A stretch of 64,000 bases of DNA. Origin: Tubiluchus corallicola. Its lineage: Eukaryota; Animalia; Priapulida. The DNA lies in assembly GCA_030141605.1 (NCBI GenBank), contig JAQGDQ010000065.1, positions 434,001 through 498,000 of the forward strand. Reading direction: 5' to 3'. Below, piece after piece: positions 39,150 through 52,040 of this stretch (the first letter of the stretch is position 1; every line of letters starts with the position of its first letter). The notes under the pieces were generated by a model. It saw nothing but the letters and a program-made list of their open reading frames with translations, did no database searches and had not been told where the DNA came from. A program made the translations under genes and the position numbers.

Positions 39150-39560
39150 TTGGACTGAAAATTCAAATTATGTTCTTTACAAACTACACCAGGCACCGCT
39201 AGAACGTTACTTCTATACGTGCTCTGTCAAAGTTTTGAAAAAATCGGGTAATGGTGTCTGGAGAAAAGCCCTTTGCGGGAAAGCGTGGCGTTCCCACGAA
39301 ATCTAAATACGACTATAACACTGTTGAACGGGCTAGCCAACCATTATCTATAAGCACTATGCTTGGCGCGTTCCCGTTCTCTGGAAATAAGAGGTACAGT
39401 ACAAGTTTTCCAAACAAAAAAAACGGACAAAAGGGCCCCTTTTTGGAGGTTTTTGCCCTCCGTTCTCCCTGGTGGCTCCCATTCGAGAAATTAACCATTT
39501 GTGAGACGACACTAGATCGAGTGACCAGTCGCATTTTTGCTCCGCTATTTTAAATTCATG
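39150..39560 (+). mobile_element. Non-autonomous Helitron/DINE-like repeat family H, copy 1
   Basis: Shares caggcaccgctagaac...gaacgggcta...gaaataagagg...tttttggaggttttt with 45645-45970 and 47028-47370. Confidence 0.65.
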
Positions 39561-39821
39561 CTGTCGACCATAACATGATTTTCGAAAAAAGGCCAAGGCT
39601 TTTCCATTTCGCAATGGATCGTCATAAATTTCACAGGAATACTAGAACAAATTCCATATCGACTGATACCGTCAGATTTTTGACCGTCATTTTGAATTCA
39701 AGATGCCGGTAAGAAAATAGTCTACGATTCCGCCAATTTGCAATGGATCATTATAAAACTGTGCAATAATGTACTAAAATAAATTTCGCATTTACTGGTC
39801 TGAATTTTGAGGGCGCGATAG

Positions 39822-40533
39822 GCTTGGTACTAGTAAATTTGGTGCAGATAAGTTAGGTAGTGGTAATTTTGGTACAAGGAACTTTTGGTACCCGAAAAAT
39901 TTGGTACTAGGAATATTTGGTACACGGTAATTTTGGTGAAATTTGGAACAGAGAAAATATGGTACTAACTAACTAACTAACGAAGTTTTGTCAAGCATTT
40001 TTGGTATAAGTAAATATGGTACAAGGTAAATGGTACGGAACAAGATTGGTACAAGGAAAGTTTAGTACTCGGAAAGTTTGATACTAGGAAAATTCGGTAC
40101 AGAGAAAGTTTGGTACAAGGAACGTTTGGTACTATGAAAATCCATTTTATATAAGCTACTCGAACAAGCTATGGAGGCTCGTGTTGTTGCATTTGGTTTT
40201 TTTGTTTTTTGTTCGCTTACTCTTTGTTTGTTTGTCTGTTGTTTGTTATATGTCGTTGTTGTTGTTTGTCTGTTTCTTGCTCGCTCTTTTGTTGTAATTA
40301 CTACCACCACTACCGCCGCCGCCGTCGCCACCACCACCACCACCATCGTCATCATTATTGTTGTCATCATGTCACAATTGTTACTTTTGTCGTTTTGTTG
40401 CTGTCGTTATTGTTGTTTTGCGATTGTTGATGTTGTTGTTGGTGGTGGTGCTGCTGCTGTTGTTGCTATTGTTGTTGTTACTGATGTTGTTGTTATTCTT
40501 GTTGTATGCTAGTTCTTGCTTGTTCCTTTTGTT

Positions 40534-40589
<56 letters not shown>

Positions 40590-41300
40590 TATCATCATCA
40601 ATAAATAAAGTTCTCACTCCATACTAGGAGCCTCACGGGAAACTATACTATGCTTCTGCAGAACGTTTCTGTCTAGTGATATCATTAGCCATCACTGCCA
40701 TGTTTTTATCTCAGTTTGATAATTTTTATAAAAAAACAGAGAAAGTGATAATTTTCCGGAAAAAAACAAGTTGATGGAGCTTTTTGGAAAATTTGCATGG
40801 AGAGTTGGAGATCTTTCATTTTTACTGAAATAATTCTCAAATGTATCAGAATAGGTGGGATAATCACGGATAAAATTTAATTGCCATGCAATGTTAATTG
40901 CAGTATAATGTTTTATGAACTTTTTAATAAGCCAGACTTTCCTGGTACCACATTTCCTCCCTACTGAATAAACTTCCTTATTTTCTAGTTGAAACTATTA
41001 TTTTATAGTTTATACTGAGATATAGAAATGTTCTTTTTTTCGTTTAGTACCAAATATTCCAATACCAAACTTTCTTAGTACCGAATTTTCCTCGTCCCAT
41101 ATTTTCGTACTATCAAAACTTCATTGTACCAATATTTCTTAGTACTAAACAATCCTGGCACCATATTTTCCACATACAAAACATTTCCCGTACCACATTT
41201 TCTAGTAACAAAATTCCTTGTACCAAAAATTCATAGTACCAAAATTTCCTCATGCCAAAATTACCTGTACCAAACTTACTTGTACCAAACTTTCCTACAT
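39822..41300. repeat. Foldback-like element: inverted ~16-bp tandem arrays flanking simple repeats
   Basis: GGAAAATTTGGTACAA-like units at 39822-40135; reverse-complement GTACCAAA..TTTCCT units at 40940-60 and 41045-41300; (GTT)/(ACC)/(ATC)n between. Confidence 0.75.
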
Positions 41301-41892
41301 TTGATTTTTGATCCGCCATTTTGTAGAATGAAATAGAATAGAATACAAACGCTTTATTTCACAAACATAAACGCAAGAAAACTGTTAACATATCACAAAC
41401 TTAAGGTTAAAACGCATCAGGAACACGTCCCTATAAATGCAGGTCTCTTCTAAGCGTAGTTGATAAAAAGACAAAGATACAGCACTTTATAACAAACACG
41501 ACTATATGTGCATCACAGTGCTGATTGAATGACTGAATTTTTGTATTAAGATGTTGAAGATAACACGATTTTCGAAAAGAAGGCTAAGGCTCTGCCAATT
41601 CGCAATTTATCATGATCAAACTTTTCAGGATAAATATTCTAGAAAAATTTATTTGTTTTCTGAGAAAAAGTCCATATGTCTACCAATTACTACCAATTAC
41701 CAATTATGGCTTAAGTGAATGGCTGCTTTTGGTTTTGTTGACAATACCCTTAGTGAACAATTTGTCAAAATCTAGGTATGGACAGTTTTAGTGAAATCGG
41801 CTTCAAGGCGGCGCCTTTACAGAGCCTTTAGTCCTAAAATGTTTAGTCGTTCCCATTATTGGCTTATATATATTAGCGTAAATATATTAGCT

Positions 41893-43252
41893 TATGTTAT
41901 GGAATATCAACGGTATTTTTAAGAAAATTAATAACGAGAGACTAAGTAAACTCGATTTCTCAGATTTCGTCAATTTAATGAAAAATCATGACGTAATCTG
42001 TTATCTGAAACACATTGCGACTGTAATGATTTAATTGCTGTTGATGGATACTATATTTTTCAAATTAATAGGTCTAAATATGGAAAAAAGGTATTTGGTG
42101 GCATAGCGATTCTAATTATCTCAAAAATGAGACAAACTGTTAAACTTGAACGAAAAGTCTCTACGGAATACCAATGGTTTAAATGACGTAAAAAAATTTC
42201 AGTCTCTCAGCAGATATCCATGTCTGTTCCGCATATATCCCACCACAGAATTCTTCCATTCGATCCTCAAAATGCTTGATTTGTTTCAATGTCTAGAATG
42301 CGATATTGCGAACTACTTGATACATTTTTATTTACGGAGATTTTAACGCTGGTACTGGTATAGATCCAGATTTCACACAAAATGATAGCTCTATGATTGC
42401 CGAAAACATTGTGACTCTAAGAAACCACGTGAATAGCTGCTTCTAGATCCTTGCATTTCTTTCGGTTTAAAAATGGCAGAACGCTTGGAGACTTTATTGG
42501 AAACTACACATGTTTCAAGTATAAAGGAAAAACGTGTCGTTGATGATTCTAGTACTGTAGATTTTTGTAAAGAGTTTGTAAAGATATTGCAAAGAGTCTT
42601 TCGCCATAAAAAATTAACTCATGGTATGACAAGGAGTATAAAACGAGTTACAGAACACTCTGTAAACTTGGTCGAGATCTTTCTAAAGAACCCAACAACT
42701 ATGACCTCCATTGCACATATCACAAACAGAGTAAAACTCATCGCAAACAAAAAGCTACAGAATTAAGCTGTTAAGTTTAATAGAAAATACTAAATCTGAA
42801 AATCCAAAATTATTCTAGGAGTTATTGGATAAACCGGACTGTATCTTTTCTCAACCAAAAGTCAGTATAACTGCCGACGAGTTTTACAATTATTTTTCTC
42901 ATTTATCAAGTAAAAATCACAACTGCAGTAGTTTCGAAAAAGATGATACACGTTTAAAAAACATTGAACAGTACGTCGACAATACTCTCCCATTAAGTTT
43001 CACGCAGTTTGATTATCGCATCTCGGAAAGCGAAGTGTCTAAAGCCATTTTAACATTAAAGAACGGCAAAGCTGATGGAAGGGATCGGATAGTAAACGAA
43101 ATGTTAAAATACCATTTCAACTCCCAGTCCTTACTGCTTATTTTAACTCCTTATATTCATTTGGGAAATTCCCAAAGCTCTGGCTGATTGCATGATTACA
43201 CCGATTTACAAAAAAGGTGACCAAACCGATCCTGTGAATTACAGGGGTATCT
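41893..43252 (+). mobile_element. Degraded LINE ORF2 fragment (APE to RT start; RTEX/L2-like)
   Basis: WNINGI...HDVIC..ETH, FGGIAI, GDFNA, LKNGKADGRDRIVNEMLK, ITPIYKKGD...NYRGIS. Confidence 0.75.
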
Positions 43253-43785
43253 CTGCTGTGTGTCCCATGTTGAGAAAGTGTGTTTGTTCATCTTGACGCT
43301 TTGTTTTCTATTGTGAAGGTAATTATTAATTAGTTTTAGAGAAGTATAATCGAATCCTAATTGGCCTAATTGTACCTGATGTATTTTAATTTTTTTATAG
43401 GAAGCATAGATGTCGAGGCAGTATTCCATATTATTTATTAGATTGTCTGTTTGTACGTCATTGTCAGTCATTGTGTAAATATTACTCCAGTCCAATTTCA
43501 TTAAAGTACATTGAAATATGTCTCTGTTACATGCAGTATAATGTCTGACTGTTTTCCAGACTGTGCTTGTATTGTTTTTGGTTGGCATTTTTTGTCTACT
43601 ATTATTGTAGTCGTGGTCAAAATATTGGTCAGAATCACACGAGAAGTTTTCTTGTACTTGGAAATTGTCTTTAGTGTTTGAGATAAAGTCTATAGTAGTA
43701 GATGACGTTTTAGTGATTCTTGTGGGTTTATTACTTGCGTTTAGTATTTGCGTGTTATATAGGTCTAGGACTTTTTTAAACTATG
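43253..43785 (-). mobile_element. Internally deleted LINE fragment, family A
   Basis: NKPTRITKTSSTTIDFI and LDWSNIYTMTDND...YASYKK resemble 360-720, then jump to RT LKLINNYLHNRKQSVK. Confidence 0.75.
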
Positions 43786-45352
43786 TGTAATGACAAAACA
43801 AGTTGTTACCTAGCTGCGAGAAAACAAGAGATCAATTTATTCAAAACCCATTAATATTTATTGCGTTCAGTGTTACGTTGTCGATGGCTTTTTTAAATGC
43901 GTCATCTAGTGCGTTGCCGTTATCTATGGCCAAATGCCAGGCACAAAATCGCATTATGGCTGGTCATGGGTGGCAGTAGCATGTCAGTTCTTATGAAAAA
44001 ACTGGTTTGTCTGGTGATAAGTGCTAGTGCATTAGCTAATGTTTATACTATTGTGTACACGAAAATCTGGCGTTTTAACTTAAAAAAAAGGTGAATGACA
44101 AATTTTGTAGTATAACGGTGTTTTAAACGAAAAAACAATATTTTTGCTCAAAAATCTCCTGATTTTTGGCGGGTAATAACCAGTGCTACAGACTCTATAA
44201 GCCGGTTTGGTAGAGCCCGACCAACGTTTCTATTGTTTAACGTAACGTAAAACACGACGCGACGCGTGTAAATCCAGTGCACAATGAGCTCTTAACACTG
44301 TGTTCATTACATGAAAAAAAACAACTGCAGATGATCTTAAGAACTCTGTAGATTTTACTCGGAAGAGGAAATTCACGACGCTAAATGACTGCTATGGAAG
44401 ACAGCTGAGTCAAGCATAACGTCAGTCATTCTTGTTGAGTGCCCCCCCCCCAAGATTTTCCACACCCCGTAAGAGCTTTATTAACGCAGTTGCTTTCAGG
44501 ACATTTAATTGTAGCCGAGCACAAACACTGTTATGAAAAATGCTCAACTTTTCATTAGTTAGCAGGAGAAACATTGGCCGATTCTAGATTTTATTATTGT
44601 CTATTTAAATTGCAAGTGAATTAGTGTTTAGTGGAAATATATAGTATCGTTTCGTTTATTATTGTAAGAAATGCACAATGCTTACGTCTATGAGTTGCTG
44701 ATTAAACCGTTTTGGTATCAGTAAAATACTCAGTTTAATTTAGTTTATGGCTTTGCAAGTTAGATAAAAACAGCAATTTGATTAACTTTAAAAAATACAA
44801 ACCTAACGTTTTCCGTGAATCTGTTAATCTGGCTTTTGCTTTGATTTAATCGGATGGACTGAAAAACCTACCACAATACCGTTGAAATACTGAAGCCATT
44901 CGTCCTTTTTGTTGAAATGGTGGCTTTAATTCAGTCTACTGGTGGTTCAGGAAACAAATTAAGGTATCGCTGTCTTGGTATTAGCGTTAGGTGAATATCC
45001 AGCATTTTATTTTTAGACGTACTAAAGTCAACACTATGAGACTAGTAATGTTAACTTACTAGGTTTAGAAGTATCGTTTTTTCTCCGACACCAAATCGAC
45101 CCTGACATTAGATCACTTTTCTATGATACTATCGAAGGCTTAATCTTCATAGGCTGGGAACTTAGACTATTGAAGAGTTACTGCAGTCAAGGTTTGTGGT
45201 CTTTAGGATATAATTCTGAAATCATCTTTCAGTAATTATCATTACTATTTTTAATACATTTTTATTGTCGCCTATTGTCCATAAAATTTACAGATATAAA
45301 GTTCAGCAGTAAATATATCAGAAATCACTAATAATAATAATAATAACGTTAC

Positions 45353-46010
45353 CAACAGACCCGGCAAAAAAATTTGCGATAAATCCACTAATAATCAATA
45401 ATGAGCGAACAACCTACATAGTGTTCATTTTTACAGAACGCAAAGCCATTGAGAAAAAGTAAAATTGTACAAAGAAATGACGTCAAAACAATGGCTTTGC
45501 GACAGCAGTTTTCTAAGCGAGTATCGCCAAAACGGAACTTGTAATCAACTAGTAGTCGCTCCCCTGGTAGAGGGTCCTTAAAAGACGTCCACATTATCGC
45601 GCAGCCCTATTCCTCCTTTTTGAAAGAGCTATTTCCAGACCCCCACCAGGCGCCAGTAGAACAATTTTTCTACATGGTGTTTAATCAGAATTTGGGAAAA
45701 ATTTGGGTAATTGGGTCTGGGAAAAAACGCCAGTTGACGTGAGCTATGAACGTACCACAAATTATAAACACGCTTACTACCCCCTCCGTAGGACGGGCTA
45801 TCCAACCATTACCAGCACCACCCCGGCCTATATATAGAAATAAGAGTTATAAATTTTTGCAAGAAACGGGTGAAAACGGCCATTTTTGGAAAATTTTCGC
45901 CCCTTGTTCCTCCTTGCGGCCCTAATGGCAGAGGACTGGATTGAGACCTTTCGTTTGATATATAGATCGCCGAATAAACCCCATACCACCGAAATTAATT
46001 ATAAGATGGT
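45353..46010 (+). mobile_element. Helitron/DINE-like repeat family H, copy 2
   Basis: Same colinear blocks as copies 1 and 3, ending gagacctttcgtttgatatatagatc. Confidence 0.7.
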
Positions 46011-46037
46011 GTCCTGTGAACGATGCGCATTCTCGAG

Positions 46038-46261
46038 CTATGCATAAAATGCCCACAGAAATGTTGTTGCCGTCATCAGTATGATGGCATTGACGTTACA
46101 CACCCACATCCAGGATGTCTGCTCTGTAATGGGATCAACAGACGGATTACGTAGCTCATTCATCTCTTCTTTAGTTAGCTGGGGTTCCTGGCGTTTCTCT
46201 TCTTCCGTCTTTATGCCACAGGTAAAGTTGACAACTTTCTTCCACCACTGAACTGAAACAG
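46038..46261 (-). CDS. SLC5A cotransporter terminal coding exon
   Basis: Acceptor tatttag|CT, phase 1. Peptide ...WWKKVVNFTCGI...WMWVCNVNAIILMTATTFLWAFYA* matches the SGLT C-terminal TM (W..V.N.NAI.L...FA). Confidence 0.92.
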
Positions 46262-46849
46262 CTAAATACAGCAAAAATAAAAGAACTAGTACGTACAACG
46301 CTTTAAATTGCAATTGTTTTTAGTAGACGTGTATGTTAGCTTCCTTATTGTTATCTATTTTAGTGTACCACAATGCCCCATTCACTTAGAACCACTAATA
46401 ATGTAACGACCACAAAAATATTTTAGTTACATGAGCAATCGGTAGATGAAAGAAGCGGGCGTTATAAGTCAGTACGATTTAATATAGGCAAACAAACAGC
46501 AGCAAAATAAGTAGTACTGTATTCTTGTTCTTGTTGTCAGTTCTTTGCCTCTTAATAACAGTTGTGCATTGCAGATATGGAAGTGCACTGTTTTCAAAAT
46601 ACTAATTGATATTAAAAAGCGGCTTTGTTCTTGTCGGTATAAATCAAAGTAAAACAACATTCGCGAAGCAAGTTTTCAGAATGACGCTGTTAAGTTAAGC
46701 AAAAAGACCATACTGATGGACGATTGTAGTGTAACATGTGGTGATTTTTGTGATTTCATTAAGGTTGTTGATACATAATCCTCATTTATAACGCAAAGCC
46801 AGTAGCAGGTTTTATTGAATTAAAGTTATAAGGCTATAAGCAGAGTATA

Positions 46850-47425
46850 ATGAATGACGTCAGAACAATGGCTAGACGTCAGCAAGTGAAAATCGCCCTA
46901 AATAGAGCCTCCAATCAACTCGTCACAGCACCTCTCGGTGGAAGCGTCCTAAAATGCAGCTCACATCATCGTGTAGCCGCCTTTCTCCTCTTTCTAAAAA
47001 GCTATGTATCTTCTTCCGAGAGTCCCAGCAGGCGCCGCTAGAACATTTGTTCTGTAGGCTGTTTGGTCAAAATTTCGAAAAAACCGGGAGTTGGGTCCAG
47101 GAAAACGTCCGTCACGGGATGCCGTGGCCCTCTCGTGAATTCTAAACACGCCTACTACATCCACCGTTGAACGGGCTATCTATCGATGGCCTGCACCGCC
47201 CTGTTCCCGTTCTTCAGAAATAAGAGGTATAAGTTTTGCAAAAAACCGGCGAAAAATGGCCATTTTTGGAGGTTTTTCGCCCCCTCCCCCGTTCATCCCA
47301 GTGGGCCCGATTCGAAAAATAAACCATCAATGGCAGGACACTATATCGAGACCTTTCATTTGATATATAGATCACCGCAAATGGTGCTGCCGTCGGAGCT
47401 GTAGCCTCGAATCTTATATATATAC
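46850..47425 (+). mobile_element. Helitron/DINE-like repeat family H, copy 3
   Basis: Blocks shared with copies 1 and 2; gagacctttcatttgatatatagatc, terminal cttatatata. Confidence 0.7.
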
Positions 47426-49471
47426 ATATATGTTAAGCCCATACCACGCATATATTAGTATTATTTAGGTTAAATTACTGATTAAAACAGGAACTGTTTT
47501 ATCAAATCTAGCATTTATTCAGCAAAAATTCATATATTTTGTGAATAAAGTAGGAGCAGCAATGGAGGGTCATAACGAAAAGAAAAGTGGTAGATTTGTT
47601 GTTCCCCTGGTCAAGTCATGGTATTATTTTATCCTTATTGCTTGCTCAACCCGCTATTTGTGTAGATCACGCAGTATGTGCCAGGTCTTGGTACTTAGGA
47701 GTTAACTGGTGCCAACTGAACGTCTTCTTCATAGACTATATATTTCCTGAGGTGAGCTAGAACGTGATTGACACCATACTCGTACGTGAACGTTTTGAAG
47801 AGCTTGTTTACATACCGTGATCATTTGTCTACAAATGTTCCCAAAACAACAAATGGCCTACCTGGACAAAGCCGAGAGGAAATTTATAACTTCAGGTCAC
47901 TGAAGACCGAGTTAGCAGATATAAATGATTCAAAGTTAACCATCATGTAAAAAGTACAGCCTGCGTAGGTTTGCGCAGGTTGTAGAGCATAAGTAAGTCG
48001 GCCTTGGTCAGCATTAGTTGAGGCCTAGCCACAGCGTTGAATCCGTGACAACTATCATGATTATGAGAAAGTGGGAACACTGGTAGAAACCCCATATTTA
48101 GATAAAATGTTTTCAGAAATTTTCAGGCGAAGTGTTTTCTTTTCTGGCTAGTTTTTATAAACCTCGATGGGATCTTCAATGTCCAAAGTAATTCAAATGT
48201 GGTCAAAATTTGATTTATATACCAACGTAATATTAATTAATTTTATGCTATTGTTTTGGTTATAATCGTTGTTAAAAATGCCACTGGGACTTATGCATTT
48301 CGCGCAGTCGATATAAAGATCGTCTATGGAATGGAACTGTCAAATTTATTCTATTTCTGTAGCCTAATGAACGGAAAAATACAAAAACTGGATAAATGTT
48401 GTAGACGAGCACATGATCAGTTAAATGTAGAAAAAGTATGTCGTAGGCATGGTATGTTTTCATGTTCACAGGCAAGATGGACTTAATATTTTTTGTTGCT
48501 CTATTACCTTAAAGGACAAGAAAGGGCAATTTCAAATAAAGTAAGTTTCTGAAAACTCGTATTAAAATTTTTATCACCCAAGTATGATCTTATGCAAGTA
48601 AAGTACTCGTGTTTTCACGTTTACTTCAATTTTTTAAAAATAATTCAACCACTGCAGTAAACGTTGGCGCAGACATGTTTCATTTAGTCTGCCAGTCAAA
48701 AAGCCAGCATGCTACAGATCACGTGGCATGACATCACACCCTCACCTAGGCTTTTGTTCACAAACTGTTATAATTGCCAGACAATAACTCTCAATTTACT
48801 AGTTAGACTTCTATCTTCATGACAGTAACTCTGTGTCGCCACCTATCGTGCTTTAGCACAAGTGCTTCATCATAGACTTAATCCTACACAAACATTGGTA
48901 ATGTTAACTTTTTAGACGGTTGTAACACAGGCAAAATTTATTGTGTCATGAAGAAATAAATACGTGCGAATGAAGCTCCTGTCTTGCGCTAATCGTTTTT
49001 AAGGTAGTGGCGTTGATCACCCTTGAATAACAAATTTACTTTTGCAGTAGTCTTGTTACTACAAGTTTATCGTATGCGACTTTTTAGCCACAAATGTATC
49101 TTTGAGCTATTAGGGATCTTCTAAACCGCAGTAAATATGAGGCAAGTAGAAAATAATGTAAATTCAACGCGTTTAGTGCACTAAGACGATACCCGACAAA
49201 CGTTTATTTTATTGTTAAGCTTTTATTGCCATGAAATGACACTTTCGTGGCGCCTATAATGGAATTGCACGTCTTCGATGTAATTGTAGTACACTTGTAC
49301 ACACAAAAAGGTAAATTTAACACCAAAATGATAAGATTTTACACTAAACGGTAAATTTGTTGCCTCCTCCAATGCTTGGCTCCAAAGTGAGCTCATGTGA
49401 CTTAACACGCGGGAAAGAGAATAATCTAACCGAAAAATGTGTCAAATCACTGACATGCAGCACGAATTAAC

Positions 49472-49621
49472 TTACCGGCAATTATCCCAGCTATGTATAC
49501 AGGGAAAATTAGACCAAAGATCTGTAATAATCGGCCTCGGTCCAGTTGCATCATTTAAAATTCTGTGTTTACCGGCAATTATTCCAGTTATGTATACAGG
49601 GAAAATTAGACCAAAGAGCTG
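49472..49621. repeat. 53-bp near-perfect direct repeat pair (49472-49524, 49569-49621)
   Basis: ttaccggcaattatYccagYtatgtatacagggaaaattagaccaaagaKctg twice, 3 mismatches. Confidence 0.9.
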
Positions 49622-52040
49622 GCGGGTTCATTCACAACATGGAAAGAAGGAAAGAAAAAAGACCTGATAAGTGGAGCTTTCTATGCTCAGTACATTTCAC
49701 TGAAAACTAATTTAAAGAAAGCATGTACTGCCATGAAATTATGGAGCTTCCGAGTTCAAGATCAGAAATTTGAAGAATGCTCTTCTAGGAGTGTAAAACC
49801 TTATGGTGTTGCACTGTTTGCAAGTACATCAATGATCGTCAATCCAATGTAAGCACTCGTCGAATCTCACAAGGAAACATCCTCATAACAATTATTAAAC
49901 ATGTATTAGCTGTCCAGTATGTATTATTTATTACTGGTAAAGTGACGATATTTTGAGTACCGACGCTTGAAACTTTCATCAGGTACTTTATCATGTATAA
50001 CAAAGTAAACTCGAGGAAAGGCTGCGTTGTTGTGCATAAATTGTTTAAAATCTGTTCCTATTAGTCTGAAACATAAGCAACAGCGAAGCAACAAAAAAGT
50101 TTACGTTTACCACAGGTGTAATTGATTTTATTGTCATCTAGTGCATGCTATACTGCTTGTCACGGTATGGAAAATCACCAGAATAACTTGAATGTTTTAG
50201 AAAATTGCTGTGATATTTGCTCATCGGCTTTTGTTTTTTTAAAAGACTTTCTTCTATAAGTTCCATCATCCGGCAATTTATTAAAATAGTTTTTCAAGCA
50301 TTTGTAGAATTCTAACCAAAGTCATAATTCTTTTCACAAAATTTGTAAGATTTCCGTCTTGACCATCAACAGACTTAAATTTGTATAATAATGCTTACAG
50401 CAATTCGATTTGTAACATAACGATTACAGTTTCCTGCTTTACTCGCATATTCAACTAATGTATACTTCCTTACAGTTTCAGTGCACATGTTTGCTGTAGA
50501 ATATTGCATAAAAAAATTTCTCACTTCTGCAAAAAGAGTGAAAACTGCCAGTCAGGGTGTGAACGCCAGCCTCATTTTGAGTATTAGCGTGTTTTGATAA
50601 AATGTAATTTGTGCAAATTCTTCATAAGAATGTAGTACAGTACTTCATAATTATAGCACTGATACATACACTGCAATGATACTTACACTGCAATGAAATA
50701 CATTAGACATGTGACCAGTCAGACCTATTTCCAGGGATATCTTATAGGGACATCAGTTTTAGTTTGTATATGCAAATTGAATAGACTTTATCACTGAATA
50801 GCATAATGTTAAACTTGGCCGTTTTAAATAACACTTCTTTTTATTGGGCTACCTATTTGTGCAGAAACTGTAATAATTGCTATGTAGGGCTAAATTTTAA
50901 AATAGATGTGTCAGCATATATATATATACCGCCTACTGTGTATCAGCAAAGGAAATAAGGCTTCAAATGGATTTGCATGTAGACTTGTATATGCCTACAT
51001 GTAACAAGTTTTTGGTTCTTGGTGACAAAGCGTATCAGTGATTACTTAGGCATCTGCATGTCTTATAGTGTTTGCAATTTCAAACAGTATGTATCACATT
51101 TGTTCACACATTTCTATTTTATACACATATGCTTAACAACCAAATATGAATAATATAAATACTTCAATAGTACCTTAAGTGTAAATATACAAAGTTGCTG
51201 ATTGTTGGATCTGGTTTGGATGTCACAAGTCTAGGAGATAATTAAAATTGTTAGGCTACAGGTACATTAAATTTTATTTGTCATTTAAACGAACACTTTT
51301 GTTACAACCTTGTAATTGAATCTCGTCTTGTCATTTAGAAGACCTGCATGTGCATAGTGTATTAGTTAAAAGATATTTGCTTTTTTGTAAAAAATCTTAA
51401 AGTGTTTTTAGATGTGTTAACTTGTTAATTTTTTTGGCAAACAAGTAATCGAGTTATCTGAAATTTTGGTCTGATGGGAGCACGAAAAGAAAGATGACTG
51501 ATTACATAGATGAACACAGAACACAGGCAGACAAGTAAAAGATATGTAGAAATGCTGCCTGGTCAGTGCAGTTCAATCAGTATAATGGTTTATGAAAAAT
51601 TTAGAAAACCTTGAAAAGTAAATACACGTTGACACGTCAGTAATGCATCGCTACCAAATCAAAGAGGTGCTTTCGTGGGTAGAACTTTAAGTCTTGTGGT
51701 TTTAAAAAATCTAGGTGTGGTAAAGAGAGCCTACAATAACATTTTTTGCAATCGGCAGGGCAATGTTGAATAGTGTTGTGTGTTGAGTAATGACATTAAT
51801 GAAAGAGTTTGCAAACTCAGATCATCTTAAGCCGAGCTACAGATCAAAATTTGAAGGGTTATCGAACATGCGCAGAAAATGGCCTGAAACTAATTAATTT
51901 AGACAATATAAATGAATTTGTTACATGTGAACTTGGTTCTTGTTATCAATGTAATAATTTAATAGACCGACCTGGCGAAGTGGGGATTACCATTTTATTC
52001 AAGAGGAACTCGTTTTTATTCGTTCTTAAAGGCATGATGT

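Noticed and set aside
47560-48200. Coding-like segment in the SLC5A intron
   Set aside because: No long frame or recognisable motif; probably an old TE relic that I cannot classify.
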